Below, in pieces: positions 24,269 through 36,168 of a stretch of DNA of 64,000 bases (position 1 is the stretch's first letter; every line of letters begins with the position of its first letter). Source of the DNA: Takakia lepidozioides (taxonomy: Eukaryota > Plantae > Bryophyta). The notes below the pieces were generated by a model. It saw only the letters and a list, made by a program, of their open reading frames with translations, was not told where the DNA came from and searched no databases. The translations under genes and the position numbers were made by a program. Location of the stretch: assembly GCA_030704615.1 (NCBI GenBank), contig CM060733.1:16988001-17052000 (forward strand), in the 5' to 3' direction.

Positions 24269-26539
24269 GTAAATGCTTATCTTCTCACCCTGTCCGGTGG
24301 CTTGTAACCCTGCGTTGTGTCACCCCGGCCCGTGGGTGTCCCATTGAGTGGATTACATAGGTTGAATGTGGATGGAATGGCAAAGTGAATAACAACCCAT
24401 GAACAGACATGTACTTCATATTAAACCTGGTGATCACAAAATAAGTGTCATTGCCAATGGACTTAATGGTCACTTACTATGGAACCGGTCTACAAAATCC
24501 ATTTTCCAGAGCTCAATATGGTGGAGGAGCGAGTGGTCATGGTGGGGTTTGGTCAGGAGACACAACGAAGTGGGGCTCCTAGCCAACAACAACCACTACC
24601 CCAACGTGCTCAAGGCAACAAGGGGGCTCAGGCGAAGCCCAGGGAAGGGCCGAGAGGATCTCAATTGCAGAGGTCACTTCCTTCATTCTCACACCAACAA
24701 TAGTCGGGTGTGACATGTTGGGATTGTGGAGGACCCAATGTTAAGAGAGATTGCCCGGAAAGAGGCAAAGGGCCGGCACAGGCACAGCCTACACAACTAC
24801 AATGTGGGCATTGTGGCAAGTATGGGCATGAAGAAGCCCATTGTTATGATTTGCATCCTGAGCTACGGCCAGGCCAGTTCCAAGGGAACAATGGTGGCCA
24901 AGGACAAAGCAATGTAGTCCAGAGAGGTAGAGGAGGCAGAGGTCGGGGTGGAGGACGTAACCAAAACCAAGGAGCACACGGTCAGGGTCAAGGTCATGAC
25001 CAAGGCATGGTGGATAGACTTACCCAGCTAGAGCAACGTCTTGTTGCCATGGCCACTATTCATGTTGCGCCAGCTCCAAGTCTTGAGGTTCAAGCCCCAC
25101 TTGCACAACCTCCTATGCTTAGGGAAGACCAGATTGGTATGGGCTTCATGTGTGGAGCCACACTTGCGGGACCATTGCATGTGGACTCTGCAGCTGCTGT
25201 CACTTGAGCAACAACGCGTGCTCCTGAGCCAAGAGGAACGGATGTGGATTTTGATCCACAAAGAGGGGAAGCAAGTCGGCAGAGAAGGCTTCCACAGTCT
25301 TTCACATTGGCTGACACAGTGCCAACTATGCCATCGACGGCACCAGCTCATCCAAGTGTGTCAGAGGTAGAGCCTGCAAGAGTGTCAATGGGGATAGTTG
25401 GCATGGCTCGGGGGATGTCAGTGGATGATACTGCAAAGCAAGGTGCAGCCAGTACATTGTTGGGGGCGGCTACGGCAATTTGCCAAGCTCCATTGTTTTC
25501 TGCCACGACAATTGCAATGCCAGGGATGCGGCCAACTGCAGTGTTTAGACTGACAGCTAGACTCTGTGAGAGTGGTGATGCATCGGCACTATCTGCGGGG
25601 ATAGCAGATCAGGTGTAGTGCATGGATGCTCTGGATTCAAGGATGAAGACAGCCACAGCTGCGCCATGGCAAGCGGCAGCTGGAAGATTGCAAGAGTTGC
25701 CAGCTAGACCAACCATTGAGTGTAGTATGGTGACTCCTGGGGTAGTCATGATGGACAATCAGGATGATGTGTTTCAGTGGGTGGCCCAGCCGGGAGGAGG
25801 TATAGGCCATTGCGGGTCTTGTTGGACTCGGGAGCACAACCATTGATGTTGGGGAGAGCAGCAATTGCAGGCTTGGGTCTTACAGAGGCTGATTTGGAGC
25901 CTTGCCCTTTCCAAATTCAAACATTTTTGGGCGGTTCAGAGAAGGCACGAGGGATTACACGCCATGAGCTCTTCATTCGATTGCAGCTAGATCATCCTAC
26001 AGATGGCTTTGTCATGAGAGCTAAAGCCATTGTTACAGACGCGATGTCTTATGATGTACTTGTTGGTGGGGTTGTGTTATACCTGATGGGCTTTACTTTG
26101 GACTTTTGGGAGGAAACGACATCCTACAGGCCGGAATGGCAATCAGGGGATGGTCGGCGTGCACTGCTCCCAGCGCGGTTTATTGGGAATGTAGCAGTGG
26201 ATCATAGGAACATGATGCCCATATTGGCTACATTCTCAGGGGTGGTGGCTTGGGGTGGTGAGCTCTTGGAGGGCAATAGCCATGCAGATGATAGGCCACC
26301 ACCTGATGAGGACAAACAATTGGCATACAAGGCTGATTTGCTTCCTCATGTGTCTGTTCATATTCCACTGTGGGGTACAGTTAGGAATTTGCATCGAGTA
26401 ACAGGCGAGTGTGTGCACCAAGCATGGCAGGAGGCCTATCCATTGGTGAGCGATGGGAGTTCAGTGACATCACCTGGATCTCCTCAGTTAGCTCCTTTGG
26501 ATACAGTGCCCATTACCTGGCAACCACTTGACTCAGGGA

Positions 26540-27500
26540 TTTGTTTGCTAGACCTGTTTGGAGGCATGAACACTGGGCTTGCAGGAGTATTGCAAGCTGG
26601 GATTAAAGTACGCAAGTACTTGTATGTAGAGAAAAATGAGATAGCTCGGCGTATTTCTATGTGCCACATCGCCTTGCTCACACACCGGTATCCTGAGTTG
26701 TTGCATCTCTTAGCAATTCAAGGGTATCAAAAGGCCTTTCCAGCAGACATTACCTTGCTGGGGCGGATGATTTGGACCGGCATGGAGCCATTGACTTGGT
26801 GATAGCTGGATGGCCTTGCCAAGGACACTCTCCCGTAGGTCATGGGAACGGCTTGCATGATGCACGATCGCATTTGTTTTGGGAGATGTTGAGAGTGTTG
26901 CGTGACTTGCAGACGAGGCAAGTACAACCTCTAGCCTATATCTTGGAGAATGTTCATCTTATGGGGGACTCTCGGGCCAGGATTATGGCCAGTGTGCATC
27001 AGGTGCGGTCTTGGATTGGATCGGCGGTGCTATTGGATGCAGCAGCGGTGGGATCACGAGCGCATCGACCTCGATTGTGGTGGACCAATCTTACACCACT
27101 AGAGCTGCTCAAGAGAGCATACGATTCCATTCAACGGCCACCCAATTTCACAATTGAGGGCATTTTGGACCAAGAGAGGCAACCACAGAGGGTGCGACAT
27201 GATGACTATCCACCTCTAGCAGTGGTAAATCGAGTGGGGCAGCCATGTGCGGCCTTGCCTACGCTCATGAGATTTCCCTTGTCTCATGCTTTTCGAGACA
27301 ATGGTCCTGGGTTGATTTGGGACAGTGTGCTACTGCAATTGGTGGAGCCCAATGCAGATGAGCGAGAGCGGGCAATGGGATTTGCCATGGGCACTACAGC
27401 TGTGCCAGCTTTGTCAGAGGCATCACGTCGACATGTGTTGGGTCAAACAATGGATCTAAATTGCTTGACATGGGTCATTGGCTTGTGCATGGCTGAGCAA
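26540..27500 (+). pseudogene. C5-cytosine DNA methyltransferase domain (DNMT3-like motifs) inside retrotransposon pol
   Basis: Motif I LLDLFGG, II YVEKN, IV IDLVIAGWPCQGHS, VI YILENV, VIII HRPRLWW, IX ERERAMGF, X VLGQTMD. One frameshift at about 26760. Confidence 0.92.
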
Positions 27501-27899
27501 TGGAGGTTGCAGATAGTGGTGGCTACTTCTGCACTCCCATTTGGTATTGTATCCCCTCTGCCAACCGGGACGGTTGAGGCAGTGAGTGGGGGCGAGCATA
27601 GAATCATGGGGTGCAAACACCCATGGCAGATGTGGGATGAGATGCGCAAAGAGAGAGTCATTGGATCTCTCAAGCAGCAGTATGAGGAGTGGGGAGAGCC
27701 ATACATTGAGGATCAGTTGGAGGCCAAGGTGGCCAATATTTTTGAAGAGGTTGAGAATGTTTCTTCCCCAGAGGATGTTTTCAAGGTGGCTATGGCGGAG
27801 CAAGTGGAGGCTACGCCACGGTTAGGGTGGGCGGATAAAGCCCAAGAGGTTGCTATCTAGCAACCAAAGGATGCGTCTCCTACTTCCAAGCCTGGTGTA

Positions 27900-29350
27900 C
27901 CCAAGGTTGCAGTCACTGAGGACAACTGGGAACCAGATGTTAGACCTACAGTCACCGCAGGAGAGAGATGGAGGATCCAGCGATTTCTAAGGGCTTATAG
28001 AAATTGCTTTGCCTTCGGTTTGAAGGATTTGGGGAGTTTGAAGGGCCAGGAGATTTGTATTGATTTGGCAAGTGACACGCCAATCTTTCGAAGGCCCTAC
28101 CGGTATAGTGACATGGAGAATTTATCGATCTAGTCACGGACTATGGAGTTGTTTGAAGCTGGATTCGTGGAGTTGTTAGGTGGGGAGTATGCCTCGGCAA
28201 CGGTGATGCCAGCTAGGAAGGATATCTATGGCAATTGGACAGAAAGAAGGATGTGTGGAGACTATCGTCCTGTGAACCGTCAGACTAAGTCCGATAGATA
28301 TGCCATGCCAACTCCAGAGGAAATCTTTGATGCCATTGGGCATGCGAAGGTGTTTAGCACATTGGACTTGCGATCCGGTTACCACCAGTTGCCAATCAAA
28401 GAGGCTGACAAGCAAAAGACGGCATTCTGGGGGACTGACCAACATGGGAATGATTGCTTGTACCAATGGCGCTTCCTACCGTTTGGGTTGAAGAATGCTC
28501 CTGCAGAGTTTCAGAGGGTTATAGATAGGATTCTCGCGGGGTTAGACGTTGCCCGATGTTACATTGATGACATCATCATCTTTAGTGCTACAATTGAGGA
28601 GCATGAGAGACACCTTCAGGTGGTGTTTGAGCGCTTGAGAGCACATGGGTTGAAATTGCACCCTGACAAGTGCAAGTTCTTCCACAACCAGATTGAGTAT
28701 CTGGACCACATGATATACCTTGGAGGATTGGGTGTTCAAAAGACGAAGGTGGAGGCCATTGCACGCATTCCACGCCCCATATATGTTAGCAGAGTTCGTG
28801 CTTTCATGAGGTTGGCAAATTACTATCGACGGTTTGTCAAGGGATTTAGCAGCATTGCAAAGGCTCTTACTAAGTTGACCAAGGTGGGTCAGGAGTGGCA
28901 GTGGGAGGAGGAGCAGGAGGAAGCCTTTGAGGAACTCAAGGCTCGATTGACTTCTGAGACGGCCTGTTTGGGGGCGGTCTTTCCAGCTACGTACGGATTG
29001 GATTATGCTGGGGATTGGAGCAGTGCTCACACAAATGGATGATGAGGGAAGAGAGTTTGTAGTGGCATATGCTAGCCGCTCAAACAATGATGTCGAGGCA
29101 AAGTATAGTTCCTATGAAGGGGAGTGTGTAGCTGCGGTATGGGCAGTGGCACATTTCAGATGCTACCTCTATGGCGATCTCTTCACCCTTGTCACGGATC
29201 ACCAACCATTGAAGTGGTTGATGGAGTCAGACAAGCTTACATGGAAGCTTGCACGGTGGGCACTTATGCTTCAAGAATACGACTTTCAGGTGGTGTATCG
29301 AGCCGGTATTGTCAATCGGGATGCAGATGGATTGAGTCGTAATCCATGCA
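27900..29350 (+). pseudogene. Reverse transcriptase and RNase H of the gypsy element
   Basis: ORFs 28143-29042 and 29005-29817 carry canonical motifs, with frameshifts. Confidence 0.95.
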
Positions 29351-29699
29351 CGAGCGAGCATGATGATACTGGAGCTCGGTGGCATGGTGAGACGGATGAG
29401 GAGATGGTGCCAGGATGGCATGCATCTGCCTTTTTGTGCATCCTAGCAATGGGAGCTCAAGCTGGTCCATCCCATAGCATTGGTCATGTAGATGGTGTGC
29501 ATGACGATTCGGAGATCAGTGAGGAGCTTGGAGGTGTTAAGGATGTACATGAAGATGCAGCAGTGTTGGCCTACCTTCGTACTGGAGAGACAGCAGCCAA
29601 TGTGACTACTAAGGAGAGAGATCGGATCCTACAACAAGCCAAAAGGTTCAAGTGGGAGGGGACTCACCTACTCCGAGTATGGGAGGATGGACGAGTGAG

Positions 29700-30762
29700 G
29701 ATTGTGTCTCATCCAACACAACGAGCGCGATTGGTACACCATGCCCAAGGGGAGTTGGGACATTTTGGGGTGCGGCAGACTCATAGTTTGCTTCAAAGAC
29801 AGTTATGGTGGCATTGACTGACAAGGCAAGTGAGGGGGCTGCGTATACATTCATAGATCGAGTGCTTAGCCAATTTGGTGCTCAAGCCGAGGTACTCACG
29901 GACCACGAGAGAGTTCTTGGGGGAGTTTCAGGCTTTGTGTGAGCAAGCCTTGATAGACCGCACTACTTCTCGGGATCATCCTGAGGCTGATGGCCTGACA
30001 GAGAGGGTTGTACAAACAGTCAAGCGAGGCTTGCGCAAGTATGGCTTGCAGAAGGGACACTTAGGAGATTGGGACCTTCAGCTACCTTGGTTGGCCATGG
30101 GCTACAGGTTTAGCAAACAAGCATCACTTGCCTCGTTCTCGCCGTATTTCCTTCTCTTTGGCCGAGAGCCAGATTTGTCTGCATCTATTCACAGGGAGAC
30201 TGCAGTAGTTCTCAACCTTGATGATCCGGATGTGTGGACACAAGCATGTGCCCAACGGGCAGAGTTATTCAAGAGAGTCATGCCTATGGCTTTTGAGAAC
30301 CTTGCTATTGCCCAACACCGAGACACGTTGAGGTACGCCACTATACGTGGAGGGGGATATCGGCCAAGTGTTTAACGTTTCCACCTTGGGGACTATGTGT
30401 ATCTGCAGCAGACAACGCCTACGACTTTGGATGTCATAGCAGGACGTGTGATTCTAAGGGTCCGGGAGGTGTTGCATTCAGGAGTGTTGATTCTGGAGGG
30501 TCGAGATGACATGGTATGGAAGGACCATGTGCGCAATTGTGCGCCATTTCACCTTCCACATGTGGATGGGAGGATAGATCCCAACCTTGCAGTGGTACCT
30601 GCAGGGTTGCGTTGCATGCTATGTGGGCATGCTAGTGGTGCCGTGACCATGTTGGTGTATGACAAATGCTCAAGAAGGTGATACATGGAATGCTTGACAC
30701 CGCCACTTGAGGAGGTTCCTAGTGGAGAATGGTTGTGTCCACGATGCCTTGGACATAGGTAG
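29700..30762 (+). pseudogene. Integrase (internally deleted) with C-terminal PHD finger
   Basis: HHAQGELGHFG, a gap, then HPEADGLTERVV..FSPYFLLFGREP. C-terminal CMLCG..MLVYDKCSRR*YMECLTPPLEEVPSGEWLCPRC fits a decayed C4HC3 PHD finger. Confidence 0.85.
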
Positions 30763-31019
30763 TGGGCATGACAATGGTGGAATTGACAAGTGATCCAAGG
30801 TCTAGCTGATGGGAGCTCAACGCCATGGATACTTAATTGAAGATCATGGATTGCAAGAAGGCGAGTAACGACGGGGCTATTTTTGCACCCGACCTCTTGA
30901 TCTATTGACTTTAGATACTGGGACATGTGCGATTGAAGACCAAGCGATGATTTTATTGAGATGGATACTTGTCAGCTATCCGGTGTTAGAGGGACCTAAT
31001 CACCAGCTAGGGGGGCGAT

Positions 31020-31558
31020 TGTGGCATAGCTTGCTAGGATTGTGTGCTTAGAATGTAAAGTGGACAGCGATGTATGTTGTGGCACGATGCTTAGGTGCGC
31101 GACAGCTGTCATGGTTTTAGTCATGGTTAACTAGAATTACCTACTTCTAGTTAACTAGGACATTTTGGATATTTATATTTGTATTTTGTGTGTTGGGACT
31201 TCATTTGGTCTCACATGCTAAGTGAGGTATTAAACCTCACTTGGGACATGGGGATGGGTTTTCCCCTTGTGAGTTTTGAGGAGGGCTCATCTTCTTGTAG
31301 TTGAGCCTCCATGAGTTCTCCCACCTCCATAGCTCTAGGTATTGAGAGGGAGTGTGGTGAGGGCTTTGTAGGTGGATTCCTTTAGCAAAGGTGCCCTTGG
31401 CTTGACTTAGTTTATGTGACTGAGTGGATTCATGAGTGGAGTGTTTCCATTGTGTGTTCACTTCCATTATCATTGTGGCATAGCTTGCTAGGATTGTGTG
31501 CTTAGATTGTATGGTGGACAGCGATGTATGTTGTGGCATGATACTTAGGTGCACGACA
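31020..31558 (+). repeat. 3' LTR (TG...CA, 31020-31472) followed by a second copy of its first 85 bp (31474-31558)
   Basis: 31020-31104 is nearly identical to 31474-31558 and follows the PPT directly. Confidence 0.75.
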
Positions 31559-31804
31559 GGTTACATGGTGGTTAGTGGTTAGTGGTGGACTGGTGGAAGC
31601 GGCGGACTGGTGTCGCAGAACGACGACGATGCGCCGGGGGCGACGACGCCGATGGGAGGAGAGCGGGGGTGGGGAGGGATTGACCGAGCCCAGCCGGCTG
31701 CCTTTCGATGGCTGCTGGAGGCGGAGAACCGGCGGTACGGGGTGTCAGGGCTAGACCGTCCTGACGCGCTCGCATTAAGTTCTTACATTATTCCTATTAT
31801 CTTC
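31559..31804 (+). repeat. Second copy of the GGGTTACA-family terminal module
   Basis: Near identity to 16909-17151. Confidence 0.9.
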
Positions 31805-33109
31805 CCCTGAAATTTATCTGCTGCTGCTTTTTGGTGAAAAAATCAGATTTTACCCCCCATAATTCGGGTGTGCCATCGCTGGAAAAGCACTTGATTGTTG
31901 CCTGACTCTACCCTTGGTAAGTTTCGTTCAAGTTCGTGGCCAGTCGATTTGGTGTGTGGCATATCTGGAATTAGGTTCCTGCAAGCATGAATGTTTATGT
32001 CGTAGCGCTTGGAAAGAGATGGCAGATTGCCATCCAAATGATGATCATGACTAGTAACTTTCCACTTGAACTCTACAAGTACGAGCCACCGCTGCGATCT
32101 TTCATGCCTGATTCTATACTTCTTGCATTGTGCATTTGAACACAGTGGTTAATTGCCTTTCTTGAATCTTGACATTGATGCCTGTTTTGTTTATCATTCT
32201 CTATGGTGTGTTCCTTGTTGGGTTGGTATTTCTCCATTTTTTTCCTTGCCCAAAGAAGGATATACTTACGTCTTGTTAGTGAGTCTAGTTGAGCTAATTT
32301 TTGGAGCTACCTGCTAGCAATTCATGTTGTAAAACCCTAAAAATTTAGGCTGCACAGTCATTCATACATGACAATTTGTATGTGACCATTACGGTGAGGG
32401 TACCTGCACGATGATTGATCACAAAAGTCTGCTTACTATTACCTTTGTGAGGGGCTCACTCCAGTAGTTGGAGCTACCTTGATATAAACAATTTGTACAA
32501 GTGGCTGACGTTGTTTCCCGGTCAAAATCTGGCAATTTTTCGCCAGAAAGAAAAACACTGCTACAGAGTTTTGCAGAAAATAGCGGTACATTCTGTTCAT
32601 CCACCTCTATACCATAATCCATTTATATCATCCATATTTGGTGAATTCATCCATAATTTATTTTTTTATTTGATGAAATTTGGCAATTTCATCCATGACG
32701 AAATAGGGGATTTGTGACAGAATATTCCATTTTATTTTTTGAGATCGAAATCTGGCGAAAATTTGCCAGTAAAAAGCGCTGGTAATTCACCAACCTGTGG
32801 CAAAAAAACAACGAGCATCCCTTGGAATCATCTCCTCATCCTCTAAATTGTCAATTTGCGAGGAGGAAACAGTAGCAGACTCACGTACAACCATCTCCTC
32901 ATCCTGTAATTCCTTGGCCTGCTGACTAGGAACCGTCCCCCATGTATGGGATTGTGGAGGGGCCCCATAAACAACTTCATGCAGTTCACGCTGAGCATCA
33001 AAAAGGTTTTTGATCGCATTGCGCACTAGTAAGGTCATGAGCTCGGACTCATCTGCTCAGGAAAAAATATACTTTAGTCATGGAACAGGGTACATTGACA
33101 TGGGTACAT

Positions 33110-33625
33110 TCACCGTTTGTGGTTGCAATGCATAAGTGTTACACAAGGTTACATTGACTACATGGTTACATGACTCAATATGGTTACACAGACTACAAGG
33201 AGGACATAACGTGGGTTACGCTTAAAGTGGGACTAATAGTGGTTACACTAACGACGACATTGAAGGGGTTACATGACTCAATAGGATTACATGGACTACA
33301 AGGAGGACATACCATGGGCTATGCTTAAAGTGGGACTAAGACAATGGTTGTGGTTACACGAATGACCACATTAAAGGGGTTACACGAAGAGGGTCACGGT
33401 ACCTTGAATGACACATAATGGGTTACACTACTTTGGTTACATGACTCAATAGGGTTACATGGACTACAACGGGCACATAACATCGGTTACACTTAAAGTG
33501 GGGCTAAGAGAGTGGTTGGGCTTAGACTAATGACAACAAAGGGGTTACACAATGAGGGTCACACTACCTTGAATGACACATAGTGGTTTGCACTGCATGG
33601 GGTTACACTACCTTGGTTACACCTT
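33110..33625 (+). repeat. Degenerate tandem repeats (~100-170-bp units) rich in GGTTACA
   Basis: Recurring ggttacatgactcaata..ggactacaa..cttaaagtggg units at about 33165, 33268 and 33435. Confidence 0.8.
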
Positions 33626-34298
33626 ACGGGTAACACTGAAACTGAAATGGGTTGGAGTGTATGGGATTACACAAAGACGCCTTCACTCGATTCAATTCCT
33701 CCATCACTAACGGGCTCAATCGTCGCTTGTCTGTCTCGTTTGGAACTTGTCGAATAGAAGGACCAGAAACAGAAAGACCAGGAACAACTGAAGAGGAGGG
33801 AACATAAACAGAAAGAGGAAGAGCCATAGAAGAAGGAACTGATAGAGAAACAGTGGAAGGAGGTACAACATCAGGTAATTCAACAGGAGTTGCAACCTCA
33901 CCCAAAGCCGCCCTATTTTGCAGAATCCATCCATGATATGCATCAACAAAAGATTTTGGAACAGAATTGATCACATTATCAACAGCTATGGCATGCTTGC
34001 CCTCCGCATCAGGAAAAGGTTTTGTAAATTTTGGTCGCGCCATGCAAGCGACTGCTCCATCGACAATATGCCGATTCAATCTGATCTTATCTATCTTTAC
34101 ATCCCCACAATACGGACATTTGAACTTAGGCCGTCCTTTTGCTCCTTCCACCTTGGCCTCTCTACACCTAGTGTGGCAGTAGGCAATCATTGTGGCATGC
34201 TCATGCTCTGTGTACCAGTAGTGAACTCGTTCACCATCCCTCTTCAAGTGATCATATGAAACAGTAGCCTCTCCAGGGAACAAATAACAATTAGCCAT
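33624..34298 (-). CDS. Hypothetical protein with a C2H2-like zinc finger and S/P/V-rich tail, inside the GGGTTACA-family element
   Basis: 224-aa ATG ORF with FKCPYCG...LNRHI. Flanked by GGTTACA repeats and the third terminal module (34735-34839). Confidence 0.45.
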   Translation of the reverse strand: MANCYLFPGEATVSYDHLKRDGERVHYWYTEHEHATMIAYCHTRCREAKVEGAKGRPKFKCPYCGDVKIDKIRLNRHIVDGAVACMARPKFTKPFPDAEGKHAIAVDNVINSVPKSFVDAYHGWILQNRAALGEVATPVELPDVVPPSTVSLSVPSSMALPLSVYVPSSSVVPGLSVSGPSIRQVPNETDKRRLSPLVMEELNRVKASLCNPIHSNPFQFQCYP

Positions 34299-34848
34299 GG
34301 CAAAACAAAAAGCTGACCAAACCCCACACGAAATAAGAGAGAAGCAAGAGCAAAAAGAAGATTAAGAGAATTGCGAAGAGAGCAAAGAGCTGATCAAACC
34401 CCACTCAAAGTAAGAGAGAAGCAAGGGCAGGAGGAAGATTAAGAGAATTGCGAAGAGAGCAAAGCATTGCGAGAAGGAAAAAAGTGAAGAATGAATCTAA
34501 CAATGAAGCCAACTAGGTGTACCCGTAAAGCACATCGGTTTAGCAAAAGACGGCGGTTCATTTAGTTCTGGCGACATGCAGTAAATTATATCTGCCATGG
34601 CACACACGTGTGAGAGTGACACTCTGACTTGTAACCTATATGAGTGCCACGTGGGGTGTAACCCTCCATTATGTAACCCTCTTATAACATAACCATACAC
34701 CATGTAACCATTCACTATGTAACCCACGGCGCCCATGGGATGAGAGCGGGGGTGGGGAGGAAAACCGACGGTGCGGGGTGTCAGGCCCTGACAGGATGCC
34801 GCGCTCCCATTAAGCTCTTATGTCATTCCTATTATCTGCCCTCACTAA

Positions 34849-35485
34849 GAGCATCCCCACCCTACACTGAACTCAGGGCCGAGTCTGATGAGAGGGCAAA
34901 ACAGGCTGAAATAGGTCGAAGAAGAAGGTGACATTGTCCCGCTTCAAGCCGTTCTTTTGCATTCCTTCAAATAGTTGCAGGACCTCCCTATGACAACCAT
35001 GCTGGGCATATCCTGCGATCATCGCATTCCACGACACCACATTTCGTTCAGCCATATTGTCGAACACTCCTTTTGCATCCTCAATGCACCCACATTTGGC
35101 ATACATGTCCACCCAGCACGCCAATGGAATATCAGGTATACACTTTCAAGGTGGGCAGGAAAAACGTCCACACTGAACCCTATATTCCATGAAAAGCGGG
35201 CACTGAATATTGTTCCGTGCACTGAACCCGAGCGCCGTATTCAGGGCCCGAATGTGCCCCTGAATCCACCACGCCCATGTCTAGCGCGTGCGTATCAACA
35301 TCTTGGCAGCGACCACGCCCCTTCCTGCCAATGGGAGGCGAATTGCACGGAAATAGCATGGGCATTTCAGGGGCTAGGGTGTGCACGAGTCGGGGCTGCC
35401 TCACCACAAAACCCAACAGGCCCTGAATCAATCGAGCAATTTTGGCATTATAGGGAGTCTTTCGGGCTCAAGGTTGGGGATGCTC
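34849..35485. mobile_element. Non-autonomous PIF/Harbinger element carrying a PPR gene fragment
   Basis: TIRs GAGCATCCCCACCCT / AGGTTGGGGATGCTC (14 of 15 match). TAA target-site duplication at 34846-34848 and 35486-35488. Confidence 0.88.
34920..35125 (-). pseudogene. PLS-class PPR gene fragment
   Basis: VDMYAKCGCIEDAKGVFDNMAERNVVSWNAMIAGYAQHG..EVLQLFEGMQ..GLKRDNVTF. Confidence 0.9.
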
Positions 35486-35552
35486 TAAGTGTGTATAAAG
35501 ATATTGAATGTACTAAATCCAGTTAATACGTAACTCCTGAGTCTGCATTTTC

Positions 35553-35715
35553 CTGCCCCAACGAGGAGGCGCCAGGTTCAATCCCGGCATGAGCTCAGGG
35601 GTGGAACTCAACAAACCTTCCGTGCCTGCGATTGGGAGAGGGCTCTACGTGTAGGCGGTCGTTCTTTTTATTTGCGCCTCATTCAGGACCCTATTCTTTG
35701 TCCAGGAGACCACTG
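35553..35715 (+). mobile_element. tRNA-derived SINE-like element (5'-truncated)
   Basis: B box GGTTCAATCCC; homologous to the minus strand of 21745-21930. Confidence 0.55.
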
Positions 35716-36168
35716 AATGCATCCAATGGCCGAGGGATGAAGGAGAAGAGCTTATTTAACTGCAGACCAACCTGCACACCGGGGATCTCCTCAGCCCTCA
35801 GTCGCATTTCAGACTAGCATAGAATGATTGGTGGTATTAAAAACTTGTTGTAGATGCTAATGGCATTGCAGCAAAATGATTCAGAAGCAACAGGGACAAG
35901 TGATTTTGGCAGCCACAAGACACAAAAGAGGTGTACAAGGCACAGGACAAATGCTACAAAACTACAGACCTGGTTCTTCAAGCCAAGCCATGTATCAAAA
36001 CATTCAAAATTGATAGCCCGTGTATACTGCAGCACCGACAGAAACAACATGACAAATCTGCCGCTTGTTGAACATGGCTACCATCTCTGCGTCTCATGTC
36101 CTGGACATTACCTCAACCTTCCTCTTGTTACTAATATCCAGGAAGCTGGTTAATTCCAAATGAATATC

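Larger units (their letters stand above)
24479..31558 (+). mobile_element. Ty3/gypsy LTR retrotransposon gag-PR-[C5 DNA methyltransferase]-RT-RH-INT-PHD, 5'-truncated and degenerate
   Basis: Gag zinc knuckles CWDCGGPNVKRDC and CGHCGKYGHEEAHC; protease LLDSGA; RT LDLRSGYHQ, LPFGLKNAP, YIDD; RNase H YASRS, TDHQPL, DADGLSR; integrase HPEADGLTER; PPT AGGGGGG at ~31009-31015, then LTR start TGTGGC at 31020. Confidence 0.93.
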
